A DNA stretch of 64,000 nt from Eledone cirrhosa (taxonomy: Eukaryota), in the NCBI GenBank assembly GCA_964016885.1, contig OZ024743.1, forward strand, positions 271,126,001-271,190,000. The letters are read 5' to 3'. Below are positions 26,230 to 39,663 of this stretch, piece by piece. Numbering within the stretch: the first letter of the stretch is position 1; each line of letters begins with the position of its first letter. The notes beneath the pieces are model-generated. The model saw only the letters and a program-made list of their open reading frames with translations. It did no database searches and was not told the DNA's origin. A program made the position numbers and the translations under genes.

Positions 26230-26850
26230 AGTTGACCACGCTCTACTTTGCTAAAACAGAACTATTTTGGCTAGGTTTTTTACGGCTGGATGCCCTTTCT
26301 AACACCAACCACGTTTACAGTGTGGAATTGGGTGGTCCCATTGTGAGGAGGGTCTGCTCAGTTGGCCATGCCATACCCTGCTCATAGTGGGAGCTGGATG
26401 GTTCCGTTATGAGGAAGGTCTGGCCAGTTGGCCGCATCATACCTTGCTCATATTGGTACCATGTTTTGACTGGGTTTTTATGGCTGCTGGATGCCCTTCC
26501 TAACACCAACCACATTTACAATGTGGAACTCGGTAGTCCTCCTTTATGAGGCATGTCCGACCAGTTGACCGCACCCTACCTTGCTTATAATGGTAACATG
26601 TTTTTGGCTGGATGTCCTTCCTGAACCTCAACGATCTTTGTAGTGTGGAACTGGGTGGTCCCATTATAAGGCAAGTCTAGCCATTTTGCCGTGTCATACT
26701 TTGCTCATAATGGAACCGTATTTTGGCCAGGTTCTTTTACAGCTGGATGCCCTTTCTAACACCAACCATGTTTAGTGTGGAACTGGGTGGTCCTGTTATG
26801 AGGAGGATGTGGCCAGTTGGGCCATGACATACCCTGCTCATTGTGGAACC
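26230..26850 (-). repeat. Diverged ~120-bp tandem repeat built from an RTE-tail segment
   Basis: About 4-5 units of ctggatgcccttcctaacaccaaccac...gtggaactgggtggtcc...ccagttggcc...ttgctcata. Confidence 0.75.
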
Positions 26851-26956
26851 ATAATGTATATATATATCATATATATATCAGGGTGAAAGCAGAAATTCTT
26901 TGCTTAAACTTTAGTCTGTGCTAATAATAAATATTTGTTCTATGGGTTTATATATA

Positions 26957-27018
<62 letters not shown>

Positions 27019-27050
27019 ATCCTTATCGAGCCCTCTTTGGATTTTGGTCT

Positions 27051-30001
27051 TTGAACGGACACGTAGGTAAACACTGCGACGGCTTCAATAGAGTACATGG
27101 AGACCTTGGGGTTGGCACAAGAAATGAGGAAGGATTCAGACTTCTAGAATTCTGCGACGCCAATGACATGTCGATATGTAACACAAACTTCAAAAAACCC
27201 AACAACCACCTGATCACCTATAGATCAGGGGAGCATTCTAGTCAGATGGATTTTATCCTCATCAGAGGACGTGACAGATGGACGGTCGTAAACACAAAAG
27301 CCTTCCCTAGTGAGGAATGTACATCCCAACATAGCTTAGTTGTCAGCAACCTCACAGTCAGCACTAGACGAACCTGGAAACAGAGGCCAACCTGGAGAAG
27401 AAATATCTGGAAGCACTAGACGAACCTGGAAACAGAGGCCAACCTGGAGAAGAAATATCTGGAAGCTGAAAGACCCCTCAACCAGTAACAGATTTAAAGA
27501 TATTTTACTCAACGCCTACGACAGTAAAGAAGAACAGATAGAGACATTCAATGTAGAAGAGCACTGGGAGTTCCTAAAAAATAACTTACTAGAGGCGACA
27601 GATGAGGTCTGTGGCTGGAGTAAGACCACAAGCAGGAGGAGAGTGACTTGGTGGTAGAAAAATAAGGTAGATGAGGCAGTTAAGGCCAAGAGACAGGCAT
27701 GGAAAGAATGGAAGAACGGGGGGAGCAGGGTACATTACATAGAGACCAAGAGGGAAGCTAGGCGACAAGTATACTTAGCTAGGAGGGAAGCAGAGGATAG
27801 AAAATTCAAGCATGTTTTGCAACGTGAGGACCAGAAACAGGAGGTGTTCAAGATTGCGAGGCAGTGTGTCAGAGAGAATTGTGATGTCATTGGAGAGAAG
27901 TGTATCCGGAATGATAAAGGTGAGCTTGCCCTCACAAGTGCTGAGAAGAAAGATGCATGGAAGAGTCATTATGATAGATTACTAAATGAGGAGACTGCAT
28001 GGGAAGAAGAGACCCTACCCCAAGTAGACCCTATAGAGGGGCCAGCAGTACAAGTCAGCAGCAGCGTAGTAAGTAAGGCAATCAAAGATATGAAGATGGG
28101 GAAGGCAACCGGTCCATCGGGTATAGCTGCCCAGATGCTGAAGGCATCTGGGTCTGTAGGTCACACTATAACCACACGTATTGTTAACCAGGTAATACTA
28201 GAAGGTGTCATACCAAAAGATTGGTGCAGTAGCATCATTGTCAACTGCTACAAAGGTAAAGGTGATGCACTAGATAGAGGAAACTATAGAGGTATAAAGC
28301 TGATGGACAGGTCATGAAAGTAACAGAAAGAGTTATAGCACAGTTGATTAGGGACCGGGTGAAAATAGACGAGATGCAATTTGGGTTTGTACCAGGAAGA
28401 AGCACCACTGATGCCCTCTTGTCAGGCAGTTACAGGAAAAGTACCTAGCTAAAAGTAAGCCACTCTACCTGGCATTTGTCGATCTTGAGAAAGCCTTTGA
28501 CAGAGTTCCACGTGCTGTAATCTGGTTGGCTCTTAGAAAGCTAGGAGTAGATGAATGGCTTGTGAAAGCGGTACAAGCCATGTATAGGGGATCAGTCAGC
28601 AAAGTTAGGATTAGCAATGAGTATAGCGAGGAATTTAGCGTACAGGTTGGGGTCCACCAGGGCTCTGTTCTTAACCATCTCCTGTTCATCATAGTCCTGC
28701 AGGCAATAAAGGAGGAGTTTAAGACCGGATGCCCATGGGAACTCCTGTATGCTGATGACCTCGCACTTATAGCTGAATCTATGGTAGAACTAGAGAAGAA
28801 ATTCCAAACTTGGAAGCAGGAACTAGAAAGAAAGGGTCTCAAAGTCAACATGACAAAGACTAAGGTCCTTGTAAGTAGACGAGAAAACAGAACCCAGATC
28901 CCCTCAGGGAAATGGCCTTGCTCAGTATGTAGGAAAGGTGTAGGTAGGAACTCCATTCTTTGCCCCAAATGCAAACAATGGGTACACAAGAGATGTAGCG
29001 GGATCTCAGGAAGCTTAATTAAGAATGTAGGCTTCACATGCAGCAGCTGTACTGGGACAGCAAGCAGCAAACAGCCACAGTAAACAAGTACCACCAATCT
29101 CTGGGAGGGCTCTGTAGAGACAGTAGACAGCTTCTGCTACCTAGGTGACCGAATTAGCAACGGAGGTGGGTGTTCAGAAAGTACAATAACTAGGGTAAGA
29201 ACGGGATGGAAGAAGTTTAGGGAACTACTACCACTGCTAGCTGCAAAAGGCTTCTCCCTCAAAATGAAAGGCAGACTGTATGATGCGTGTATCCGAACAG
29301 CAATGTTACATGGTAGTGAGACCTGGGCGCTGAAGGTGGAAGACTTACGTAGATTAGAGAGAAACGAAGCCTGCATGCTCCGATGGATGTGTAACAGTAA
29401 TATACGCGAACGTATAAATGAATTGAGAGAGAGACTGAGCATAAGAGGAATCAAATGCTGTATGCAGGAGAGGCGGTTGCGTTGGTATGGACATGTGAAG
29501 CGTATGAAGGATGACAGCTGCATAAAAAGGTGCAGAGCACTAGAAGTCGATGGAAACCGCGGAGTGGGGAGATGACCTGGGATGAGGTGATAAAAGCCGA
29601 CCTTACCCAATTACACCTCTCAAAGGCGATGACACACGACCGTGACCTCTGGCGTCACGCAGTAATACAGAGTACCCGACCTCCCATGGGTACAAGCTGA
29701 AGCATATAGACAATATGCCCCCACACCCCCCACTGCAAGGTGGTCGTGGAGGTGCCACGGCAAAAATGCACCCAGCCCACACTGTAAAGTGGACGTGTAG
29801 GCGCCACAGAAAAAAGCACCCAGCACTCACTGTAAATGAGGTTGGTGTTAGGAAGGGCATCCAGCTGTAGAAATCAAGCCAAATCAGTTCCTGTATGAGC
29901 AAGGCATGGTCAGCCGACCAGACACTGCCCACAACAGGACAACCCGTCTAACCCATGCTAGCGTGGAAGAACGGACGTAAAACGGTGATGATGATGATGA
30001 T
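27051..30001 (+). mobile_element. RTE LINE subfamily B including part of the AP endonuclease
   Basis: LNGHVG...SSQMDFIL...SQH (APE), RT LYADD, PHD finger, 3' UTR, (GAT)n; 52-bp internal tandem duplication at 27360-27463; several stops. Confidence 0.95.
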
Positions 30002-30476
30002 TACTATGTGTGTACACATACAGAGAGAGAGGTGAGTGTATATAAGCTTAAATATGTGCATAATACATGTATTTATAACATGGTAGGTTGAGTTTTTTAT
30101 ATTTAAATTGTACTGAAGTTGGGTGATAATTATTTTGTTAGAATAATTTTGTAACAAATATATTAACCAGTAGAACATGTTAGCTTTGTTATAGTTGGAC
30201 TATCATTGACTTCCGTATAGTACAGACACAGACACTTATACACACACACACACACACATTCTCTCACACACACTCAGATATACAGTGTTGTGGGCTATCA
30301 CTGACTTCAGTATAGTACAAAGACACACATATACACACTCATGTATGTAGTGCCATGAGCTATCACTGACTTCACTATAGCACATGCACACACTCAGTAA
30401 CACACACACTGCCAGATTTGGTTAGTTCCAGGCCTCTAACATATACTATAAAGGAGCCCTAAATTTTGGTACGTGA

Positions 30477-31748
30477 CATCATCATCATCATTTTACATCC
30501 ACTTTTTCCTGCTTGCAAGGGTGGGACAGGTCCTATTCAGCACAGCATCTCTCCACTTGTCACGGTCCTTCGTCATCTCCACCGTGAGCTTCAGCGATCT
30601 GAGGTCTGCTCTCACCACCTCCACCAATGTTTTTCGTGGTCTTCCTCTACTACGTCTTCTTTCAACTGGCATTTCTTGGCACTTCACCCATCGGTCATCC
30701 TCCATGCACGTCACATGTCCATACCATCGCAGCCTCCTCTCCCACACACAACAATTTATCCCTCTCAGACACAGTTTCTCTCTCAACACATCCATGCTCG
30801 TCCGTTCACACACATTGACATTGCACATCCAACGGAGCATGCTTGCTTCATTTCTCTCCAGCCGTCACATATCCTCTGCAGTTAGTTGCTGCCCATGTCT
30901 CACTCCCATGCAGCATCACGCACCTCACACAGGCATCATATAACCGGCCTTTCATACGCAGGGAGAAGCCCTTCTTCGTCAGCAGAAGAATCAGCTCCCT
31001 AAACTTCTTCCAACCCGTCTTTATTCTAGATACTATGGCCTCGGAACAGCCCCCTCCCATGCTAATCTGATCACCTAGGTACCGGAAGTTATCAACCACT
31101 TCTATAGCACCCGCCTGCATTTGAAAAATGTGTCTCAATGCGACGACTTCTGTTTAATTTCCCTGTACATCTACTGCATACATATTTCTCTCTACTTGTT
31201 AGTTTGCCTGCTATCCCACTACATCTCTTATGTACCCAAGATCTGCATTGTGTGCATTTTATAGAATTTATGCCAGTTCCTTTTCTGCATATCGAACATG
31301 GCCATTTCCCTGACGGAATCAGGGTTTTGTCCTCTTTTCTACTCATCAACACTTTTGTCTTAGCTAGGTTCACTCTCAACTGCTGTTGAGCCAGAATAAA
31401 TTCTGGCTATGGAAACAGCAGTTGAGAGTGAACCTAGCTAAGACAAAAGTGTTGATGAGTAGAAAAGAGGATAAAACCCTGATTCCGTCAGGGAAATGGC
31501 CATGTTCGATATGCTCATCTACTGATTCTGCTATGAGAACCAGATCGTCAGCTTAGAGAAGTTCCCATGGACAGCCAGTCTTAAACAACTCAGTTATGGT
31601 TTGGAGGACTATAATGAACAAGAGCGGGCTGAGGACCAAACCCTGATGTAATCCTACTTGTATCTGGAATTCCTCACTAAACTCCAATCCTACCCTCACT
31701 TTACTGACAGCACCTCTGTACAAAGCTTGCACTGTCCCCACAAGCCAC
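30477..31748 (-). mobile_element. RTE LINE subfamily C, 5'-truncated, with internal fold-back
   Basis: RT/PHD/C-terminal fragments; short 3' end cccacccttgcaagcagg...gtaaaatgatg. Confidence 0.9.
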
Positions 31749-32281
31749 ACTTTGTTTTTCTCTCTCTTTCTATAAATATATATGTATATAAAATTAGACA
31801 ATACAGACAGTTTCCAACCTTCAGTCGTCTGTTCTGAGCATAGATGTCCAAGGATATCACAAATATCAAAGGAAATCTGAGTTTTCCGTTTACCTGAATC
31901 ATGTGTATCTCACTACCACCAACCTGTCTCACTGACCACTCTATAGTCTACAGATTATCACTGGGTTTTTTTATTGAAACAGTGGATTAAATGAGCTGGT
32001 AACCTATACATAGATGTGTGTGGTAAATATATATATTTCTTTATTAGCCACAATATACATTTCTTTATTAGCCACAAAGGCGTGTGTGGTAAATATATAG
32101 ATAGAGAGATAGACATGTAGAAAGATGTATAAATAGATTGACACATAGGTTAATAAATTAATAGATAGATAAATACTACTATGATGGGTTTCAATTATGG
32201 ACCATAAATATTTTGTCAGTTCTCCTTCAAACTTTAGATACTTTAGTTTCTGTTTCTGAAGGAGTGGTTATGTTGTGTGTA

Positions 32282-32679
32282 CAGTAATCCCCTGTTTATC
32301 ACGGGGGATACATTCCCAAACTAACCGTGATATAGAGAGACCATAAAGACAACCGATCATATAGAAACTACCACCAACCATCATATCACTAGTTACCAAG
32401 GATGACCATTACCAGCCACGTTAGCCGCTTGGTTATACACTGACCATCTTCCGTCAATCTATGAAGGGTTTGTAGTAGATTACAGAAAAACACATTCAGT
32501 AAAACAGTAATGGAATGAAAACTAAAAACATTTTTTATAGTTAAAGCCTTAAGATGCCCCTTCATTACGCTATCGAAACATATTTAAGGAAATTAGATGA
32601 TAGTAAATTAGATACGTTCCAAAGAAAAATCCACAATGTAGCTGTACTGCAAAAAGTGAACCGCGATAGAGGATTACTA
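32282..32679. mobile_element. Tigger/pogo-like MITE
   Basis: ta-cagtaatcccctgtttatcacgggg ... ccgcgatagaggattacta-ta; TA flanks. Confidence 0.65.
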
Positions 32680-33715
32680 TATTTGCTTTTAAAAAGAAAT
32701 CTGTATATATTTCCTCTTTGGATAATACTTCATCTCAGTATGTTAGTGCCTTTCAGTGAAGAGAACATTGGGTTGAAGCAGTTTATTTTTGTGGGGAGTT
32801 TGACTTGTTCCTAGGTGTGTAATTAATTATGTTGCTCAGAGCTAAAAGAAAGATATTTTCCATACAGCTATAACTAACCTTAACAGTATTTTTATTGAAC
32901 AGCTTGTGATACTTGTAGTTGATAAAGAATTGTTTTCTAATCAACACTAGAAAGCATATCTATCTGTTGGGGATTACAATTCATATTAAAGTGTGTTTAC
33001 GTTTCTGTTCCTGGTTTTGTTATTTTATGTGTTTCATCCATTGCTTGTAATTTTTCTATAAATTAAACATTGAAGCTCACATCTCATTATGTAATTGGTA
33101 TGTATACCCTTGATATTATTCTCACAGCTGTGTCTAATCTGTGAGAGTGTGTATCATTAAGCTATCAATAATTATTTCTCTATACTATCCTTATACAGTT
33201 AACTATAGCTACCATCTCTGCCAGCTGTTATCTGTGGAGACTTCTACTCCAGATGTGCAATACATCATGAGAGAAGGTAGAACATTCATTTGAAATAATA
33301 GAAATATTGAATTCTTCTTTCTTTAAGGACTACTAAAATCACTAAATCAGAACTCAATATATATACTAATTTGGTTTGTGGCAACCTGTCCAACACTAGC
33401 TAATAGGGAAAACAGACATTAAATGATGACAATATGTGTGTGTGTTACAATTTGAGCCCATGCAAACCATTGCCACAACTATGTGTAATATATATATATA
33501 TAAATGGAAAAAATGAAATTTCATTTCTCGCTCTTAGTACGGCTGATACATAAATATAAGTATGTACACGTACATACATATATGTATACAGACGTACCGT
33601 AGTATGTATATATATATACATACATGCACACATATATATATATGTACGTATGGGTTTACCGAACATTTATTATAATGTTCGGTTTGTTTGTAAACAAACA
33701 GCCCGAATTAAGCCG

Positions 33716-33809
33716 TACAGTGTTCAGCAACCATCGTTGCCCTTTTGTTCAACACTGACAAAGGAACGATGAACTACTTTCTAGCTTATTAGCTATCATC
33801 AGCACCGTA
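33716..33809 (-). ncRNA. Hammerhead-like motif with long stem III and atypical cleavage junction
   Basis: Minus strand: tacggtg CUGAUGA tagct-aata-agcta GAAA gtagt...gttgcU gaa cactgta. Confidence 0.5.
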
Positions 33810-33957
33810 TACCTTCCTGTCAGTCTATTGAACGTTTGAAAGTATATATATATATATATATATATATATAGGTAAGTTATTCCGGGTTGAATTGGAGGTA
33901 ACCACAGTAAGTAAGGTACTCAATACATAGCAGAGTATAAAAGTTTTAATATAGATG

Positions 33958-34008
33958 AGATTCTACAGGACTAGAACTGTTTCATACTTTAGAAATCATC
34001 AGGAATCT
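33958..34008 (-). ncRNA. Type I hammerhead ribozyme motif (weak stem II)
   Basis: Minus strand: agattc CUGAUGA tttctaaagtat GAAA cag-ttctagtc-ctG UA gaatct. Confidence 0.55.
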
Positions 34009-34454
34009 GGCTTTCCAAAAATAAATGTAGTGGTATTTATATCTTTTCAGGTGGTAGGAGAGGGTGGGGAGTGGGATGGGTGGAGGTCATTGGTTGAAAG
34101 AAAAGGGAATTCATTAAAAGCTAATTCTTTAAGTCTATAGTTTTATATTTAGAGTGACAAGGCAGAAAGGATTCTATAAACAGGTTCAGAATGGGGTGCC
34201 TCTCCTTATTTTTAAGTTTCTCTTCAGCTAACAATGCCTATATTTCAGGTGTCTATAAGGTGGTTGTGGGTCAGTCATGGTTGATGGATTTAAAGAAAAG
34301 GGAAATTCTTTAAAAGCTAATTATTTAAAGCTCTACTTAGAGAGACAAAGGCCAAGAGAATTCTATAAACAGTTCAAAATATTGGGTGTCTATCATTATT
34401 GTCATATTTCTCTTAAGCTATATTCCAGGTGTCAACAGACACATTCACATACAT

Positions 34455-34518
<64 letters not shown>

Positions 34519-34635
34519 CATATACACATATATATATACACATCCATACATACATATATATATATATAGCCGAAATACGATTCTCGCTAATTTATATTTA
34601 TATATATATATATATAAATATATATACACATACAA

Positions 34636-34686
<51 letters not shown>

Positions 34687-34765
34687 TATATATGTTTATG
34701 TATATATGTGTGTATATATATATATGTGTTTGTATGTGTGTATATATATATATATGTATGTATGT

Positions 34766-35100
34766 ATCATCATTTCATTTTACGTCCGCTTTTTCCCTGC
34801 TTGCAAGGGTGGGACGGGAACTGATTCTGGCTTGATTTCTACAGCTGGATGCCCTTCCTAACACCAACCTCATTTACAGTGAGTGCTGGGTGCTTTTTTG
34901 CCATGGCACCCCCACGTCCAATTTGCAATGGAATGATAGGGACCCCAGTCCTATCATCTCATTTCTACAGCTGAGTAAACTGGAGCAATGTTAAATAAAG
35001 TGTGTTGCTCAAGGAAACAACACATCACCCGGTCTGAGAATTGAACTCACAACCTTTCGATTGCAAGGCCAATGCTCTAACCACTAAGCCATGTGCCTCC
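34766..35100 (-). mobile_element. SINE family B
   Basis: Full-length reverse complement of 8330-8671. Confidence 0.88.
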
Positions 35101-35135
<35 letters not shown>

Positions 35136-35573
35136 AATGTGTCTGTTGACACCTGGAATATAGCTTAAGAGAAATATGACAATAATGATAGACACCCAAT
35201 ATTTTGAACTGTTTATAGAATTCTCTTGGCCTTTGTCTCTCTAAGTAGAGCTGTAAAGAATTAACATTTAAAGAATTTCCCTTTTCTTTAAATCCATCAA
35301 CCATGACTGACCCACAACCACCTTATAGACACCTGAAATATAGGCATTGTTAGCTGAAGAGAAACTTAAAAATAAGGAGAGGCACCCCATTCTGAACCTG
35401 TTTATAGAATCCTTTCTGCCTTTGTCACTCTAAATATAAAACTACAGACTTAAAGAATTAGCTTTTAATGAATTTCCTTTTCTTTCAACCAATGACCTCC
35501 ACCCATCCCACTCCCCACCCTCTCCTACCACCTGAAAAGATATAAATACCACTACATTTATTTTTGGAAAGCT

Positions 35574-35624
35574 AGATTCCTGATGATTTCTAAAGAATGA
35601 AACAGTTCTAATCCTGTAGAATCT
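35574..35624 (+). ncRNA. Type I hammerhead ribozyme motif
   Basis: agattc CUGAUGA t-ttc-taaa-gaa-t GAAA cag-ttctaatc-ctG UA gaatct; 6-bp stem I, GUA cleavage triplet, U-U at 10.1/11.1. Confidence 0.62.
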
Positions 35625-36980
35625 CATCTATATTAAAACTGTTATACTCTGCTATGTATTGAGTACCTTACTTATAGACTAGACAGATTAGAGTATTTAT
35701 GAATGTATAGCTCATATGTTCCCATTTCACTAATTATATATATATATGTATGTAAAAATACCAGCTAAAATACAGTTCCATCTGAGCAAGGTACGACACA
35801 GCCAGCTGGCCAAACTTGTCTCATGACATGGGCGACCTGTCTAACCCATGCAAGCATGGGAAAATAGACATTAAACAGGGATGATGATGATGATATATAA
35901 AATTACTGAAATGGGAACATATGAGCTTATACATTCATAAATACTCCAACCTGGTCTAGTCACGGACAATAACAACACATTCAGCCTATGCCAGCATAGC
36001 AAACAGACATAAAATAATGATGGGGGGGGGGGGGGCGTTGTAACAGTAGTGATCCTTGGTGGTTGGTGGTTGTGTCTAGAACTAACACGAATGAATGTTA
36101 GTGTCCATTTCCAGTGGAATGGAAGAAAAATATAAATTCCAAGTATTGCCTGAAGCATTCTATAAATTATTGATATGAATAATTAGTAACAATCAGAAAT
36201 TTTTCTTTGTTTTTCGGTTTGTTTGGTTTTTTTTTATTATTATCTTGGGACATTAATGACATTATCACCTTCTTGGCAAGCTGTGTTAATTATGGATATA
36301 TTTAATGTCACAGAAATAACTGATCTGTTCTGATTCTTCTCTTTTTTTTATTTTTTACATTTGTATCTACATTTGAATAGGAGATCTAATATGTCCCCTT
36401 AGTTAACAGCACCACTAGCTGGCTCTTGAATGGCTCTAGCAGAGTCCACTCTGTTTCCACTAGGGTGGTTTACTTACCATCACCACCACACTCATCATCA
36501 TCACCACCACCCCAGCAGCAGAAGCAACAGCAGTCACTTGCTTGGGTGCCTATTGTGGATTCCATTCTGTTGCTAGTATTTGGATTAATCTCTAGTGTCT
36601 GAGCATCATCACCTTCATCACCATCATTATCACTATATCATCGTCACCACCTTTACATTGCCACAGCCATCATCATCATCATCATCATTTTTCCATGTTA
36701 ACATAGGTTAGACAAAATAATTCAGAATAATTTTTTTATGTTAATGTCTAGCTTCTTACTTAAGGAGCCCCTTCAGTTGTGTTTCCTCCTCCCTCCCTCT
36801 TCCCACCAATCTTAAAATTCAGGACCCTTGAGTTGTATTTCTTCCTTCCCCAGATGTGAGTTACAAGTCGGCGTAGCCACATATCTCTTCATCCCTCTTA
36901 ACTTTTGAAAATCATGAAACTTATGAAACCGGTAAAGTTATAAGTTATTGTATTTAAAACTTCTTAAAGACGCCATTTGC

Positions 36981-37028
<48 letters not shown>

Positions 37029-37492
37029 TATATATATATGTGTGTGTGTGTGTGTGAATTTGCTAACAGGAAAAGCAGATGTTAAAAACGACAGTGATAT
37101 ATATATATATATAACGAAGGAAGTGTGGTAGGGAACCTATATATATATATAATATGTACACACACACGTGTGTGTGTCTACATACTATCTTGGATGTCTA
37201 TTGTCAATATATTTTGAATAATTTGGGTTAAAACTGTATCCATTATTTATTTTGTATGTTGAAGTAGGTTACTTTATACAGCTTTAACATTGAATCATTT
37301 CTGTGTGAGGTATATATTTTTTTCTCTCTCTCTTTCCAACCTCCTCACTCTCTCTCTGAACTTTGCTCTTTCCTGATGAAGGACTCATGTCCAATACGTT
37401 GATACATTATTATTTTTTTCTTTATCTTCATTCCCAAGTGTGAATTTGTGGTTTTGCATCTCTGTCTCTTTTATTCCTATACTATATATATA

Positions 37493-37526
<34 letters not shown>

Positions 37527-37810
37527 CACAATGAGAAACTTATATTACTATATATATATATATATTATTTTTTATCATTTATTTTGTTTTGACCTGTTTA
37601 GCTTGATTTGGTTTTTGGCTTGGGTGGTTAATGCTTTCTTGACCACCTTTTTAGTTTTGTATGGCTTCTTAACACATTGTTTAGCTCTGGTTTTTAACTA
37701 TTGAATACTTTGCCAGTATCATTTCTGATTTTTGCGTTTCGTTTCGCTTCGCTTTTCCTGCCCGCCGAAAATGCAATTCTCGCTGAATCTTTATTTGTAT
37801 ATATATATAT

Positions 37811-37844
<34 letters not shown>

Positions 37845-38635
37845 ATAATAGGTGTGTGTGTTTCAAATAATTTTGAAAATAATAAAGAATTTAGAGGGAT
37901 TTAGTTTCTCATGATCTTTTTTGTGTTTGGAACATAATTTAACAAAGATTCTTATTTAAAATATGATGGAAGGTTTTTAGACAAATAAATACACTTTCAA
38001 AGAAACAATTTTATAAGGTAGAACTGGGAGCAGCTTGAGGTGTTTTGGTATGGAAAAGGTCAAAGTAGCTTTCTTTAAACAGCTTCAACATCAAATTAGT
38101 CCTGTGTGGGTATGTATTTAGTTGTTTTAAGGGCATAACAACCACCCTAGTATTAGTGATGCACACACCCAGTACACTCCATAATGTGGTTGGTGCGAGG
38201 ATGGGCATCATGTCTTAGAAACCCTGCCAAACAAAGGATCAGGAGGACTCTTCAGATGTGTTGAAGACATAGCACCCTCCCAACTGTTGGTGTGATAATA
38301 AAATACTCCCGTGCACTCTCTGGAGTCCCCCTCTCCCAGCCTGTCTGAGATGTCAGTAGCTCCAAATATGTACTGACTAAGTAACCTCAATATTTATATG
38401 AGTGGGTGTGTTTAGACTTCTTTTGTTGTTTATTTAACCCTTGATCAATCTTAATTTAGCAGATTTATTGACAGGAGTGCATAATGTATCTAAGACTACA
38501 TTATCCAGTGTGGCTTTGATTTTCTTTTTTCTTAAAAAGGAAGGCTAGTGTGTGATATGAGGGTGACATAGCTACTGTTTCTGTATCCAGCAGATTTAGA
38601 AACATGTATATGCTGATAACCGTTACCTAAGTCAT

Positions 38636-39620
38636 TAGCTCATTCCATTGCACAGATGGTTCTATAGAAATAGGGGACAGCTTCCGTTACCTAGGTGACA
38701 AAATCAGCAGTGGGGGAGGATGCTCTGAAAGTACAGTAGCTACAGTCAGAACGGGATGGAAAAAGTTCAGAGAGCTTATACTACTATTGGCTGCTAAAGG
38801 GTTCTCTCTAAAAATGAAAGGCAGGCTGTATGATGCCTGCACGCGAACAGCAATGTTGCATGGCAGTGAGACATGGGCCTTGTGTGCAGAGGATATACGC
38901 AGACTGGAGAGAAACGAAGCTTGCATGCTCCGTTGGATGTGTAATAGTAATATACGTGAACGGCAAAGCATAAATAAACTAAGGGATCAGATGTTGTTTA
39001 CTCGAGAGAAGACTACGTTGGTACGGTCATGTGATGCGCATGAAAGACGACAGCTGTATAAAAAAGTGCAGGGCAATCAAAATAGATGGTAGCCACGGAG
39101 TAGGCAGACCCAGAAAAACCTGGGACGACTTGATAAATTCCGACCTCACACACTTACACCTCTCCAAGACAATGTCACTGGACCGAGATCTTTGGCGCTA
39201 CACAGTAATACAGAAGACCCGCATTGCCTAAGTACAAAGCGAAACCTACAGTCAGTAGGCACCTCTTAACAAAAATACACCCCGTCCCACTACCCCCACC
39301 CCATCCACACCACCCCTTTCGATGTAAAGTTATGTTGGTACCACAACATCCAGTCTGAAATAAATGAGGTCGTGTAGGTGTCACAACAGAAAAACACACA
39401 GTCCACGCTGTAATATGGCCGTGTAGGTAACACGGTAAAAACCTCCCAGTCCACACTGTAAACGTGGTTGGTATTAGGAAGGGCATCCAGCAGTAGAAAA
39501 CCCGCCAGACAGTCCTATACGAGCAGGACAACAAATCTTGCTTCAAGTGAGAAAATTCCCGTCCAAACCCATGCAAGCGTGGAAGATGGACGTTAAACGA
39601 TGATGATGATGATGATGATG
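38636..39620 (+). mobile_element. RTE LINE subfamily A, 3' 1 kb
   Basis: DSFRYLG...GRPRKTW, 3' UTR, (GAT)n; internal deletion near 38985. Confidence 0.92.
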
Positions 39621-39663
39621 AAAGCACTAATTACTAAAATACTTAATGAGGAGTTTGAAATGG

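Larger units (their letters stand above)
33908..35674. repeat. Long inverted repeat, ~560-bp arms (33908-34470 / 35101-35674), Penelope pseudo-LTR-like, around (TA)n and a SINE
   Basis: Arms are near-identical reverse complements (paired ORFs 33955+/35442- and 34277+/35077-); each carries a hammerhead motif. Confidence 0.92.

Noticed and set aside
33199-33276. Exon-like segment with acceptor and gtagaa donor
   Set aside because: Immediate stop in the phase required by TRAP1; no recognisable protein in other phases.
34277-34861. 194-aa ORF
   Set aside because: Runs through an inverted-repeat arm, a (TA)n tract and a SINE tail; no coherent protein.
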